Of a stretch of 64,000 nucleotides of DNA, positions 1-8,872 are shown piece by piece (position 1 is the first letter of the stretch; each line of letters opens with the position of its first letter). The translations under genes and the position numbers were made by a program. The stretch is from positions 960,001-1,024,000 of the forward strand of contig CAVZQN010000004.1 in the NCBI GenBank assembly GCA_963777505.1. The letters are read 5' to 3'. The notes below the pieces were generated by a model. It saw only the letters and a list, made by a program, of their open reading frames with translations, searched no databases and had not been told where the DNA came from. This DNA comes from an uncultured bacterium. Its GTDB lineage: Bacteria > Acidobacteriota > HRBIN11 > JAKEFK01.

Positions 1-196
<196 letters not shown>

Positions 197-211
197 AAAA
201 TGTAATGATCG

Positions 212-1597
212 CTACGGACGCCACGTTTCACCCATACGCCAATCGATAATTTCCGTTCGTGCTTCAGAAATCGCAGGTTCAATACCGAGCGCTTGCAGCA
301 TGCTTGATTCGTTCGAAGGAGCATTTCCAATCTCGCACCACAAATGTGAATAGGGAAGGAATGTTTTTGCTCCGGTAATTCTGCAAATCTCAGCGACACC
401 GTCTGGCCCTAATGTAATCAGGTCAGATATTTGCGGGAATTTTGCAATTTGATCCGCGGTTAAGGAGAGCCAATAGAGTCCGTTGCCTGTAACGTAAAAT
501 GGGTTTCCACAGCCAACGCCTACCTGGAATTCCTGTAAATTGCTTAACACCACATCCACTCTTCCATAGTGATGTTTTACGTATTCAGCAACCTGATTCA
601 TCGAACCATTCGCATCTGATCCCGAATCAATCAAACAAAAAGCAGAAAAAAACGGCGTTCGGAAAAAATAAGAATTGCCCCAGTTTCTCAGGCGCTTATC
701 GCGTGGATACTCATATCTCAATGGTTGTTCACCGTAAAATGGAAGCGCCGAAATTTCAATGTCATCAACGTATACAGGATCTGAATACCAATCAAGATCA
801 ATAACATTTTTGAACCCCATGGCGCGAAGTTCTTTGGCGAAATCAGGACTCAGAATAGTTGCTTCATTTACACGAGGTACGATGATGAGGATGTCACGCG
901 GGAGTGTTAGCAATGAAGGAATATGATAATGATCTCTATGGGAGTGAGTTATTAAAACGGCGTCAACTATTCCAATGAAATTTTGGGGCAACATCCGTGA
1001 AGTAGTTTGAAGATTAGAGCTATAGCCGGAAACAAAATGAGGATCAACGATAATCCGTGCCTTAAGAGTGTTAAGCAAGAATGAGGCGTGCTGTAATCGG
1101 ACGATTCCGACTTCTTGAGGCTGAAGTCTCCAATTCGTTTCAACAAGATCTTCGACAAATATTTCCGCATCGAAAAGCGCTTGAATCAGTTTTTGATAAG
1201 GACTCTTGCTGAACAGGTCAGTTCTTTGATTTGCTTTTTCCAGAAGAAGAATTGTTTCGCCAACTTCGAAAACCTCCTTGTCGGTAAGATGATTCAGAGA
1301 AACACATTTTCCTGAAAAATTATTGCGAAATACAAACGTGTCAATTCTGTTGTTCTTATCAAAAAGTAAGCAGGACTTAAGCCCGAAATCGGATGAAACG
1401 TTTTCAAAAGATTCGGCTGCTTCAGGGAAAGGTTTTGATGCAGCATCAACAGCAGCCTGGATTGATATTCCTGAACGGATGTCGCGGGCTACTTTCGAAA
1501 TAAATGGTCTTAACGATGCAATGAGCCGGTCTGAAATCTTTCTCTCAGCATGAATCGTTGCGTTTGTTGAAATCATACAGCACCTGAATGTAAGCAT
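212..1597 (-). CDS. MBL-fold metalloenzyme (possible diiron hydroxylase) with N-terminal extension
   Basis: HASFLL...IIVDP, ITHSHRDH metal motif, PFYGEQP, DSG; about 150-aa N-terminal extension. Confidence 0.8.
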   Translation of the reverse strand: MLTFRCCMISTNATIHAERKISDRLIASLRPFISKVARDIRSGISIQAAVDAASKPFPEAAESFENVSSDFGLKSCLLFDKNNRIDTFVFRNNFSGKCVSLNHLTDKEVFEVGETILLLEKANQRTDLFSKSPYQKLIQALFDAEIFVEDLVETNWRLQPQEVGIVRLQHASFLLNTLKARIIVDPHFVSGYSSNLQTTSRMLPQNFIGIVDAVLITHSHRDHYHIPSLLTLPRDILIIVPRVNEATILSPDFAKELRAMGFKNVIDLDWYSDPVYVDDIEISALPFYGEQPLRYEYPRDKRLRNWGNSYFFRTPFFSAFCLIDSGSDANGSMNQVAEYVKHHYGRVDVVLSNLQEFQVGVGCGNPFYVTGNGLYWLSLTADQIAKFPQISDLITLGPDGVAEICRITGAKTFLPYSHLWCEIGNAPSNESSMLQALGIEPAISEARTEIIDWRMGETWRP

Positions 1598-1678
1598 AAC
1601 CTGAAAGGCTCTTCAGGTTTGATTCAATTGGCATCTGCGATATGATGAACTTACCAAAACACCAGGAGGGGTTGAAGT

Positions 1679-2584
1679 ATGTCGGACCCTATTTCAAAAG
1701 GTGGATCCAAGCCACCATCTCAAGTCAACAAGCAAACCGAAATATCATCCACTCCGGAATCAACAGCGAAAGATTCCGCACAGATTCAAAAGAGTTCCAC
1801 TCCTCAAGAAACGCAAGATCCCAAGAAGTTAGCAAAGGCTAAAGGAGAACTCGCTTCGACCAAGAAATTTGATATGCAGCTGCAATCAATGAGTCAAAAA
1901 CTTGCGGCTGAACTTCCCAAAAAGGAAGCAACCGATCTAAGCTCATTGCCTGGACAAGTTCCAGGAAAGGTGTTGGACCAAAAGCTTGATGTCGCAGCGC
2001 CTGCATGTACAGGAACTTTGTTGTCCACATGCGGAGTGACTGATACGAAACCAACTGTATGCGATACGCTGTCAGGCTGTACAAAACCAACAACGGATCT
2101 GGGTTCAATCCCTGGCCGCACGCCTGGCACTATATTGGACCAAAAGCTTGATGTAGCAGCGCCAGCATGTACAGGAACTTTGTTGTCCACATGCGGAGTG
2201 ACTGATACGAAGCCAACTGTATGCGATACGCTGTCAGGCTGTACAAAACCAACAACGGATCTGGGTTCAATCCCTGGCCGCACGCCTGGCACTATATTGG
2301 ATCAAAAGCTTGATGTCGCAGCGCCAGCATGTACAGGAACTTTGTTGTCCACTTGCGGAGTGACTGATACGAAACCAACTGTATGCGATACGCTTTCAGG
2401 CTGCACAAAACCAACAACGGATCTGGGTTCAATCCCTGGCCGTACGCCTGGAACTATATTGGATCAAAAGCTTGATGTAGCAGCGCCAGCATGTACAGGA
2501 ACTTTGTTATCCACTTGTGGAGTGACTGATACAAAGCCGACAGTATGCGATACATTGTCAGGCTGCACCGGTTCTTTGAGGTAA
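1679..2584 (+). CDS. Putative multi-core RiPP (lanthipeptide) precursor
   Basis: RBS GGAGG; ~84-aa low-complexity N-terminus, then 4 copies of LDQKLDVAAPACTGTLLSTCGVTDTKPTVCDTLSGCT; adjacent to the LanM-like gene. Confidence 0.8.
   Translation: MSDPISKGGSKPPSQVNKQTEISSTPESTAKDSAQIQKSSTPQETQDPKKLAKAKGELASTKKFDMQLQSMSQKLAAELPKKEATDLSSLPGQVPGKVLDQKLDVAAPACTGTLLSTCGVTDTKPTVCDTLSGCTKPTTDLGSIPGRTPGTILDQKLDVAAPACTGTLLSTCGVTDTKPTVCDTLSGCTKPTTDLGSIPGRTPGTILDQKLDVAAPACTGTLLSTCGVTDTKPTVCDTLSGCTKPTTDLGSIPGRTPGTILDQKLDVAAPACTGTLLSTCGVTDTKPTVCDTLSGCTGSLR
1931..2569 (+). repeat. Four tandem 162-bp coding repeats (54 aa)
   Basis: AAAGCTTGATGT recurs at 1981, 2143, 2305 and 2467; differences within the core region are synonymous. 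Confidence 0.97.
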
Positions 2585-2605
2585 TTTTGTCCGTGAATGG
2601 TGGCT

Positions 2606-5600
2606 TTATTCAAGCCACCATTCGATTTTTCCTTCCGATGCAACTTTGCAGACAAGACGTTTTTGATCCAGCACAACAATAATCACAACACGGTTATCGC
2701 TCTCTGTTCTGACAACTCGAATGCCAAGATCTGGTTCGTGAAAATCGAATGGTCCTTTCGGAACGATTTGCCAAACTATATCTACGACAGCACGTACAAG
2801 ACGATTTGGCTCCGCTTGATTTTCAACAACTGACCAAAATGGCGTGACGGTTTTTATTTCAGGAAAACTCCGCTCTAGAACTGGCCCACGATTTTGTTGA
2901 TCGATCCAGTAAATATTCCCATCTTCTCCGAGAATCCTAAAATAATACGGAATATCAAAACGATCGAGTTGTTTGATTTCGGAAGAGACAAGTGGCCGCG
3001 CTAGAAGAAAAGATTGGGTCATAGCGATTCCAGCAATAGGAAAGCCTCCGAGTTTTCGATCCAGCAGCGCAGCGAAATAACTTCGCGTAGGGTTGAGAAC
3101 AATCCGCATCGAAGCCCCTGTCAATTTTTCTTTCAGGTGATCCGCAATTTCTTTTGCATGAGCCTGGACCATCAACCATTGATCAGCGAAGCCACGCAAA
3201 ATTGTACAGACATGCTTTGTATATCCAAATGATCCATCCGAATTTTGCGCAAGATGCGGCCAGATCCAGTTGACTGCTTTCCAGGGTTTTGTAACAGGCT
3301 TAGGCCCATCCGATGTAATTTCAATTACCCAATCCTCAGAATTCAATCCACAATAAAGCGATGGTAAGGATAAAGGTGAGTGAGAATGAGGCACGACTTC
3401 GACACCCCAACGAGGTCCTTCAAGTAATTGCGTATCTTCCAGATCAATCACATTTCCAAACGCCATTTCTAAATCCACTGCATGAATTGAAATAAGAGGA
3501 GTGGATTGAGTGGTGCCGCTAACTACATTTTCTGAATGTAGATCAAATACTCCAAGACTAAAGGCATATCCCGCTAAGAGTCCTGCCGAATACCAGAATC
3601 GTTTTTCATCATGCTCTTTGAGCCGTGAAACTTGAGGCAGTGGAAAGTTGCCAGACTGTGAAAGCGGATTTAACTCGTCATCAAGTGGAAAAGTAACAAT
3701 GTCTGTGCTGTTTATTTGCTCCACATAACCATGTTTTGGACCAGCAACGATGATCCGATGTGTCGGTAACTGGGCGTTTGCAAAAGCAGGGCGAAGCCAC
3801 GCACGGCATTTTTCGGCAAGCGTCTCACCGTCATTACCAGCGGATGCGCCAGCTAACTCTCGATCGATCGCAACTGAGCGTCCTTTGTATAAAAATTGTG
3901 CTCCGTTTTCAAACAAAAGTGAGACGACACGATGCCCTCCAAAGTGTGGATCGCTTCCAAGCACTTGTATTCTGGTTAAGCGGCCTCCAATCTGTTGAGC
4001 AAGGACGCCTTGACGATCTGTCTCAAGCCGTTGAAACATGACTTCAAGTGCACTGATCGCCCCCGCAGTTAATTGCTTTGCAGCGCGTTTAACATTTGAA
4101 GCATTCCCTTCTGGATGCAAAACAATACCGGCAATCTCCCTAAGTACTCGTCCCATGATTGCAGGAGTCAATGCCTCTTTATTAACGAAACTTCCGTAAC
4201 GCTTGCTCCATTGGTGACATGATTTCTTTACTTCGTCCAGAGCTTGAAAATATGAATCCCCAGCAGGACAATTGGAAATTTGTTTCAGAATCGAATGCGC
4301 GTCATTCGGTTGCAGTTGGCCTACAACTAAAAAGTTTGCGTCGTTCTTAAATCGAATTCCGCCGGGTGGCAAAAGTTCAGCAGGAATTTGATATGACGAA
4401 AACTTTTTACCGGCTTTTTTGTTTAATCGTTTGGTCGATCTCAATAAAATTGGATCGCGATTCATTGTTAAGATTGGAAAAACAGGATAGCCGGATAATC
4501 TCAGCATTTGCCTGACGATTCCGCCTGTGCCCAGACCAAGTGAGGGGCCTCCACCTTCAGGCTTCAACGCATCTCGCCTGACTGCGGCGCGATTCTTCAT
4601 TCTGTTCGCGATGGACTGCGCACGTTTCGTCCAAATCTCGGAACCAGTTTCATCTGCCATATCTAAAAAGAGTTCAATCGCGCCTGTCAGGCCATGACAA
4701 TGACAAAATGGTTCATCATGATTGTCGGCCAGCGAATTCCATGTTGCATGAGCTGCAGATTCTGCAATTTCAAGCGCTGATGGATCCTTCAAAAGCCGAT
4801 GACGCGCTAGATATGCGTGACTGATTCCTGTGGAACCATGACACCAATGATCTTGAATCACACGATGTTCATCGCTGCGAGGCCATGCTGTTCCATTTCG
4901 GATACGAAATGATCTTGAATTCAACCAATCAAATGCTCCATCTAAAAGTGTTTTTGTAGCGGGATCTTTGGTTACGTGGAACAACTCAAGAAGAAACAAA
5001 CAGATTCCTGCAGCCCCATGGGCAAGGCCAGTGTGGGTCTGTGTCGCTAATTCACCATACGTTTGATCATTTGGAGGAAGCGGTTGTCTTCGATCTCGCA
5101 CAGGCCAGGCGAACATTCCACCAAAGTCGATTCGAGTCTCTTCAAGGAAAGAAGCTGCCTTCTTCGCATGTTCAAGAAACGATGCATCATGAGTTGCATA
5201 ATATAGTGCCAGAAATAGCCATCCTGTTCCCGCAGCACCTCTAAAGAGATCAGTATCTACGTGAGAAGTTTGTGAGAGAAGATTTCCGGCATGAATGGCA
5301 TAATCTAAATATCGTTGATCTTTAAGAACCCTCGCACAGGCAAGATGGAAAAGACCAACTCCTGCAAAACCGCTGTACAGGCCGTTAGCAATCGAGTCGG
5401 ATTCAGGAGTGCTTATCACCAACCCATAGGAAATTTCCTCAACTGTCTTTGCATAGCGAGAATCTCCGGTTGCACTGTAAAGATCCAATAACACGATTCC
5501 AATTCCAGCAGAGCCATCATATAACTTGAATTCATACCTTCCTTCAGTTCCAGTCTTTAGATCAGCAGGAAATCGAAGTCCCAGCGTAGTCGCGGTTCTT

Positions 5601-5680
5601 CGTTTCAGAATTTCGTCGCCTCCTTGAAGCGCCATCTTAAAATATGAATTTGTATTCTTCTGTTTTTTCTTGATACGCAT
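2606..5680 (-). CDS. Lanthipeptide synthetase, LanM-like with reversed domains (N-terminal LanC cyclase, C-terminal DUF4135 dehydratase)
   Basis: N half: LYDGSAG, GLYSGFAG, GLAHGAAG, WCHG, CHCHG. C half: SDPHFGG, LYKGRS, DLHSEN, VDLE, RIVLNPTRSY, QLDRFDIPYYF. Confidence 0.88.
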   Translation of the reverse strand: MRIKKKQKNTNSYFKMALQGGDEILKRRTATTLGLRFPADLKTGTEGRYEFKLYDGSAGIGIVLLDLYSATGDSRYAKTVEEISYGLVISTPESDSIANGLYSGFAGVGLFHLACARVLKDQRYLDYAIHAGNLLSQTSHVDTDLFRGAAGTGWLFLALYYATHDASFLEHAKKAASFLEETRIDFGGMFAWPVRDRRQPLPPNDQTYGELATQTHTGLAHGAAGICLFLLELFHVTKDPATKTLLDGAFDWLNSRSFRIRNGTAWPRSDEHRVIQDHWCHGSTGISHAYLARHRLLKDPSALEIAESAAHATWNSLADNHDEPFCHCHGLTGAIELFLDMADETGSEIWTKRAQSIANRMKNRAAVRRDALKPEGGGPSLGLGTGGIVRQMLRLSGYPVFPILTMNRDPILLRSTKRLNKKAGKKFSSYQIPAELLPPGGIRFKNDANFLVVGQLQPNDAHSILKQISNCPAGDSYFQALDEVKKSCHQWSKRYGSFVNKEALTPAIMGRVLREIAGIVLHPEGNASNVKRAAKQLTAGAISALEVMFQRLETDRQGVLAQQIGGRLTRIQVLGSDPHFGGHRVVSLLFENGAQFLYKGRSVAIDRELAGASAGNDGETLAEKCRAWLRPAFANAQLPTHRIIVAGPKHGYVEQINSTDIVTFPLDDELNPLSQSGNFPLPQVSRLKEHDEKRFWYSAGLLAGYAFSLGVFDLHSENVVSGTTQSTPLISIHAVDLEMAFGNVIDLEDTQLLEGPRWGVEVVPHSHSPLSLPSLYCGLNSEDWVIEITSDGPKPVTKPWKAVNWIWPHLAQNSDGSFGYTKHVCTILRGFADQWLMVQAHAKEIADHLKEKLTGASMRIVLNPTRSYFAALLDRKLGGFPIAGIAMTQSFLLARPLVSSEIKQLDRFDIPYYFRILGEDGNIYWIDQQNRGPVLERSFPEIKTVTPFWSVVENQAEPNRLVRAVVDIVWQIVPKGPFDFHEPDLGIRVVRTESDNRVVIIVVLDQKRLVCKVASEGKIEWWLE

Positions 5681-5778
5681 AAGACAATCCGAAATGAGGA
5701 TTATAATTGGTTTTGTTCCTGAACTGCGGATTCTAACCGGTGAAGGCTATTTACCGGTTATATTGTGTCATTGATTCT

Positions 5779-6363
5779 ATGAAAATATTTAACCACCAGC
5801 TCCCACTTGATTTGTGCAAGAACATTTGTGATTTTGCATTGAACCAGATCCTGAATGTTGATTTCAAAAAGGCTCCGGTAACAATGTGGACTAATTTTGG
5901 ATGGCCTCAGCACATTGTCAAAGACAGTACGGCCGTATTGATCTTTCTTACTCCGCGGCAATTTCTAGAAGAGATTCAAAGCTGTCTCGAAGAATTAGCA
6001 ATTTTTAATGCAGAGGTCGATTTACCTTTTATCAATGAAAGTAATCCTGATTTGTGTTCTCTTTGTTTGACTTACGTGTGGACTCGAAATTCGTACATCC
6101 CGGTTCATCGTGATGGAAAGCATAGAAAAACCGTGACTATTTATTGCAATGAGAAGTGGACTCCTGAGATGGGTGGAGTCTTACAATGGTTCGATTCTGA
6201 AAAGAATGCATGGGATGAGGTTGTCCCATCCTGCGGAACTATTGTGTTCAATGATAAAGATGAAGCACATGCTACAACTCCTGTGCTCGCTCACAATGAT
6301 TTCAGGATCAGTCTTCAAATTTTTATATTGTCTTCAGGGCAGGCGGGGTCTATTCAATATTGA
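5779..6363 (+). CDS. 2OG-Fe(II) oxygenase (prolyl-hydroxylase-like)
   Basis: HRD...W..EMGG.L...HATTPV...RISLQ: HxD..H..R motif. The start could be 5740. Confidence 0.8.
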   Translation: MKIFNHQLPLDLCKNICDFALNQILNVDFKKAPVTMWTNFGWPQHIVKDSTAVLIFLTPRQFLEEIQSCLEELAIFNAEVDLPFINESNPDLCSLCLTYVWTRNSYIPVHRDGKHRKTVTIYCNEKWTPEMGGVLQWFDSEKNAWDEVVPSCGTIVFNDKDEAHATTPVLAHNDFRISLQIFILSSGQAGSIQY

Positions 6364-6369
6364 GCAGCA

Positions 6370-7026
6370 TCATTTCCAGTTTGGCCCTTCCATCCATGCA
6401 ACAAGAGAGTGCCTCGTCCCTTTTGTTACAGGCGTGACTTCATGTTCAAGAAATGAAGGAAAGATAATTGCAGCGAGGAATTCCCTTCTTTGTTGAATGT
6501 TCTTCGAATAATTTGCCTGGTTGAGAATCAAGTCATTTTTATCGCCAAACAGGAGCAAATCTCCGCCTTCATAATTTTCGGGAGGAGTGAGTTGTATTGT
6601 AAGAGACAGTTTGCGCTGAGTATCAATCCATCCTGTCAAGCATGTATCAATATGAGATTTGTAAAATTGGCCGCTCTCATCGTTCACTCCAGCAGTGTAC
6701 TCCGCTAACTGGATCGTTTGGATTGTATCAATCGCAAAATGATATTTTTGTGAATTGATAGCGTTGAGTAATGCCGAAATTTTATCGTATATCCAGGATG
6801 TATCTTCGGAACGATTCACCCAGCAAACTGTATTATTTCTAATATACTCAGGGCGCGGTTGATCGTTTTGTTGATCGCTAACTTTAGTGCCCGCTCTGCG
6901 TAATTTTCCGGACTCCTTTTCGCCTGTCTGAAAATACTGCAATAAACGATCCCGTTCTTCAATTGTGAGAAATTGGAGTACGACTACAGGATTGATGTCG
7001 AAAAGTTCATGTTTTTCAGAAGTCAC
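6370..7026 (-). CDS. 2OG-Fe(II) oxygenase (PKHD-type)
   Basis: HID...RKLSLTIQL...YEGGDL...FPSFLEHEVTPVTKGTRHSLVAW. Confidence 0.88.
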   Translation of the reverse strand: MTSEKHELFDINPVVVLQFLTIEERDRLLQYFQTGEKESGKLRRAGTKVSDQQNDQPRPEYIRNNTVCWVNRSEDTSWIYDKISALLNAINSQKYHFAIDTIQTIQLAEYTAGVNDESGQFYKSHIDTCLTGWIDTQRKLSLTIQLTPPENYEGGDLLLFGDKNDLILNQANYSKNIQQRREFLAAIIFPSFLEHEVTPVTKGTRHSLVAWMEGPNWK

Positions 7027-7038
7027 GCTATTGAAATT

Positions 7039-7422
7039 TCAGTTCTTTTTAGGAGTCTTGAAAAATTTGTTCAATTCCCATTTTCGGTAGAGACCGCGGA
7101 AGGCAAAACCGGCGCTTTTTGATGTTGACTTTGGGTGGTCCAATGGTCGTTGAAATAAACCTTTGACTACCATCGTAACGCTATTATCTGCTACCACGCT
7201 GGCCGGGTTACTTCGAACAACCAGATTCTGAGATTCAAAATCGCCCAACTCTACTGTTACACCATTTACCGTAATAGAAAGGCTGCCATTTGCTTCACTG
7301 AGGAATAGAATATCGTCTTCATGAGCATCGAGTAAAATTGCGCCATTTTCAATCCGCAATTCTGAACCCGATCCGATAACGCCTCCGGGAAATTCGTTAT
7401 CCGGATCTGATTTCAATTTCAT
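7039..7422 (-). CDS. Hypothetical protein
   Basis: GGGAGG RBS before the ATG at 7422; beta-rich segment LSITVNGVTV. Confidence 0.6.
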   Translation of the reverse strand: MKLKSDPDNEFPGGVIGSGSELRIENGAILLDAHEDDILFLSEANGSLSITVNGVTVELGDFESQNLVVRSNPASVVADNSVTMVVKGLFQRPLDHPKSTSKSAGFAFRGLYRKWELNKFFKTPKKN

Positions 7423-7547
7423 TCGATGATCGCCCTCCCGCTCTCGTCGGTCTAAGGATATCATAAGCCTACTGAACGCTGAGTTTCAGTCGATGATTAG
7501 GGCAATGATGTTTGTTTGAGGGGGACGGATCACGTAAGAAAAATAAA

Positions 7548-7574
7548 GGGAGATTCACAATTAGTGAATCTCCC
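7548..7574 (-). terminator. Rho-independent terminator
   Basis: GGGAGATTCAC-aatta-GTGAATCTCCC hairpin with a U-tract on the minus strand, downstream of 7603..8013. Confidence 0.75.
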
Positions 7575-7602
7575 ATGACTTCTTGACTAAGCCACCAAGT
7601 GT

Positions 7603-8013
7603 TTATTGCTTGTTTTCAGGCGGAGTCGCATCATCAGGAGGTGTTATTTCCATTTTCGTTACAAGGTTCTGAGAATCTACTTCCAATGAAACCTTGTCGC
7701 CTTTTTGTAGTTGGTCTACAGTAATCGACTGTCCTGCCTTGTTGAAAGTTGTTGTCTCGTTGAACTCGAGATCCTGGGTTGTTCTTGAACGCTCATCTTT
7801 CAGCGTAATTGTCTTCTTTACAAGATCAATCTTTTGAATGACGCCGGTGAGCTGCTGGTTTTGGCTTGTTGGAGCCTGTAGCTGATCCTGAGGCATCATC
7901 TGCTGCTGCTCTTCAGGTTTTTGCTGATCTTCAGGTCTCTGTTGATCTGTCTGTGCGAACGCAAATGCGGAGCATACAAACAGAAATAAAAAAGCAAATA
8001 AAGTTTTGTTCAT
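7603..8013 (-). CDS. Secreted protein with Q-rich linker and OB-fold-like (DUF5666-like) domain
   Basis: Signal peptide ending AFA-Q; GVIQKID...TITL...LQKGDKVSL. Confidence 0.7.
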   Translation of the reverse strand: MNKTLFAFLFLFVCSAFAFAQTDQQRPEDQQKPEEQQQMMPQDQLQAPTSQNQQLTGVIQKIDLVKKTITLKDERSRTTQDLEFNETTTFNKAGQSITVDQLQKGDKVSLEVDSQNLVTKMEITPPDDATPPENKQ

Positions 8014-8184
8014 AGTTACCTCCAGTGGAAATTAACTCAGGAGGTTCACCATGGACGCCACTATTAAAGTTAGGTTTGAACTCCGTATATTCAACCTGTC
8101 ATCAATACTTTGTTGCTCGTTCCCACTTGAAGCAGAGAGCGTTAAAATGTGCAATGAAAGGTTAGGTTGCATCAAGGAGGAGGA

Positions 8185-8706
8185 ATGAAATCTGCTATTG
8201 GGTTCATTGCGGTTCTGCTGCTGATTGGATGTTCATCCAAACATCCGAACATTTCCGAATTTCCCGCACCAGTCACTCTTACCAAAGATGTATGCAGCCG
8301 CGAACCGGAGCTTTGCGAAAAATCTTGCGCAGATTGTAAAGATCGCAAAGATTGCATGTTGAATAACGGAGTGTGCAAAACAGGCGGACTACACTTTAAT
8401 GACTCCGGAGATACGGGTAACGATATCTGGACACCCGGATGTCATTACGAATATAAAGATGCTGCTTGCGCGCAAAACCAGAATTTTTTTCTGGGTGATA
8501 TCTGCGGGACGAAAAATCCTAAGGAAATCATCGAGTGGACTGTTTCGGCTTGCCATGGTGCGATCGGAGATCGGGAAATATTTGACTGTGATAAAGAATG
8601 CAAGCGTGCGGATCTAGGAAGGGGTACATGCGTCGTTGTACCAAATGTCTGCGCAGGAAAGGACAGTGCTGCGTGCAAATGTGATAAGCCGTTACCGACT
8701 CCGTAA
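8185..8706 (+). CDS. Cysteine-rich lipoprotein
   Basis: RBS GGAGGAGG; lipobox LLIG-C; 16 further Cys. Confidence 0.75.
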   Translation: MKSAIGFIAVLLLIGCSSKHPNISEFPAPVTLTKDVCSREPELCEKSCADCKDRKDCMLNNGVCKTGGLHFNDSGDTGNDIWTPGCHYEYKDAACAQNQNFFLGDICGTKNPKEIIEWTVSACHGAIGDREIFDCDKECKRADLGRGTCVVVPNVCAGKDSAACKCDKPLPTP

Positions 8707-8728
8707 TTAATTAATGCAGCTTTCTGGG

Positions 8729-8772
8729 AGACGTTTCATAACGTGAAACATGTTTCACAACATGAAACGTCT
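8729..8772. promoter_or_regulatory. 44-bp near-perfect palindrome with two GTTTCA-N5-TGAAAC sites
   Basis: agacGTTTCAtaacgTGAAACatGTTTCAcaacaTGAAACgtct, about 100 bp upstream of the ATG at 8873. Confidence 0.55.
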
Positions 8773-8872
8773 TGCACCAACTAAAGTTAGGTCTAAAACC
8801 CTGTCCATGGGACCAGCCTGCTTCTTGTTCGTGCCTCGATAATGAGAAGTGTTGAATTTCTTTGGAGGTAAC

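Noticed and set aside
1931-2569. Regular repeats as a CRISPR array
   Set aside because: The 162-bp units are in-frame coding repeats with no unique spacers and no cas genes.
8729-8772. parS site
   Set aside because: Half-sites resemble TGTTTCAC/GTGAAACA, but spacing and orientation do not give the 16-bp parS consensus.
8808-8823. Sigma54 promoter for the 8873 gene
   Set aside because: GG-to-GC spacing is 9 rather than the required 10.
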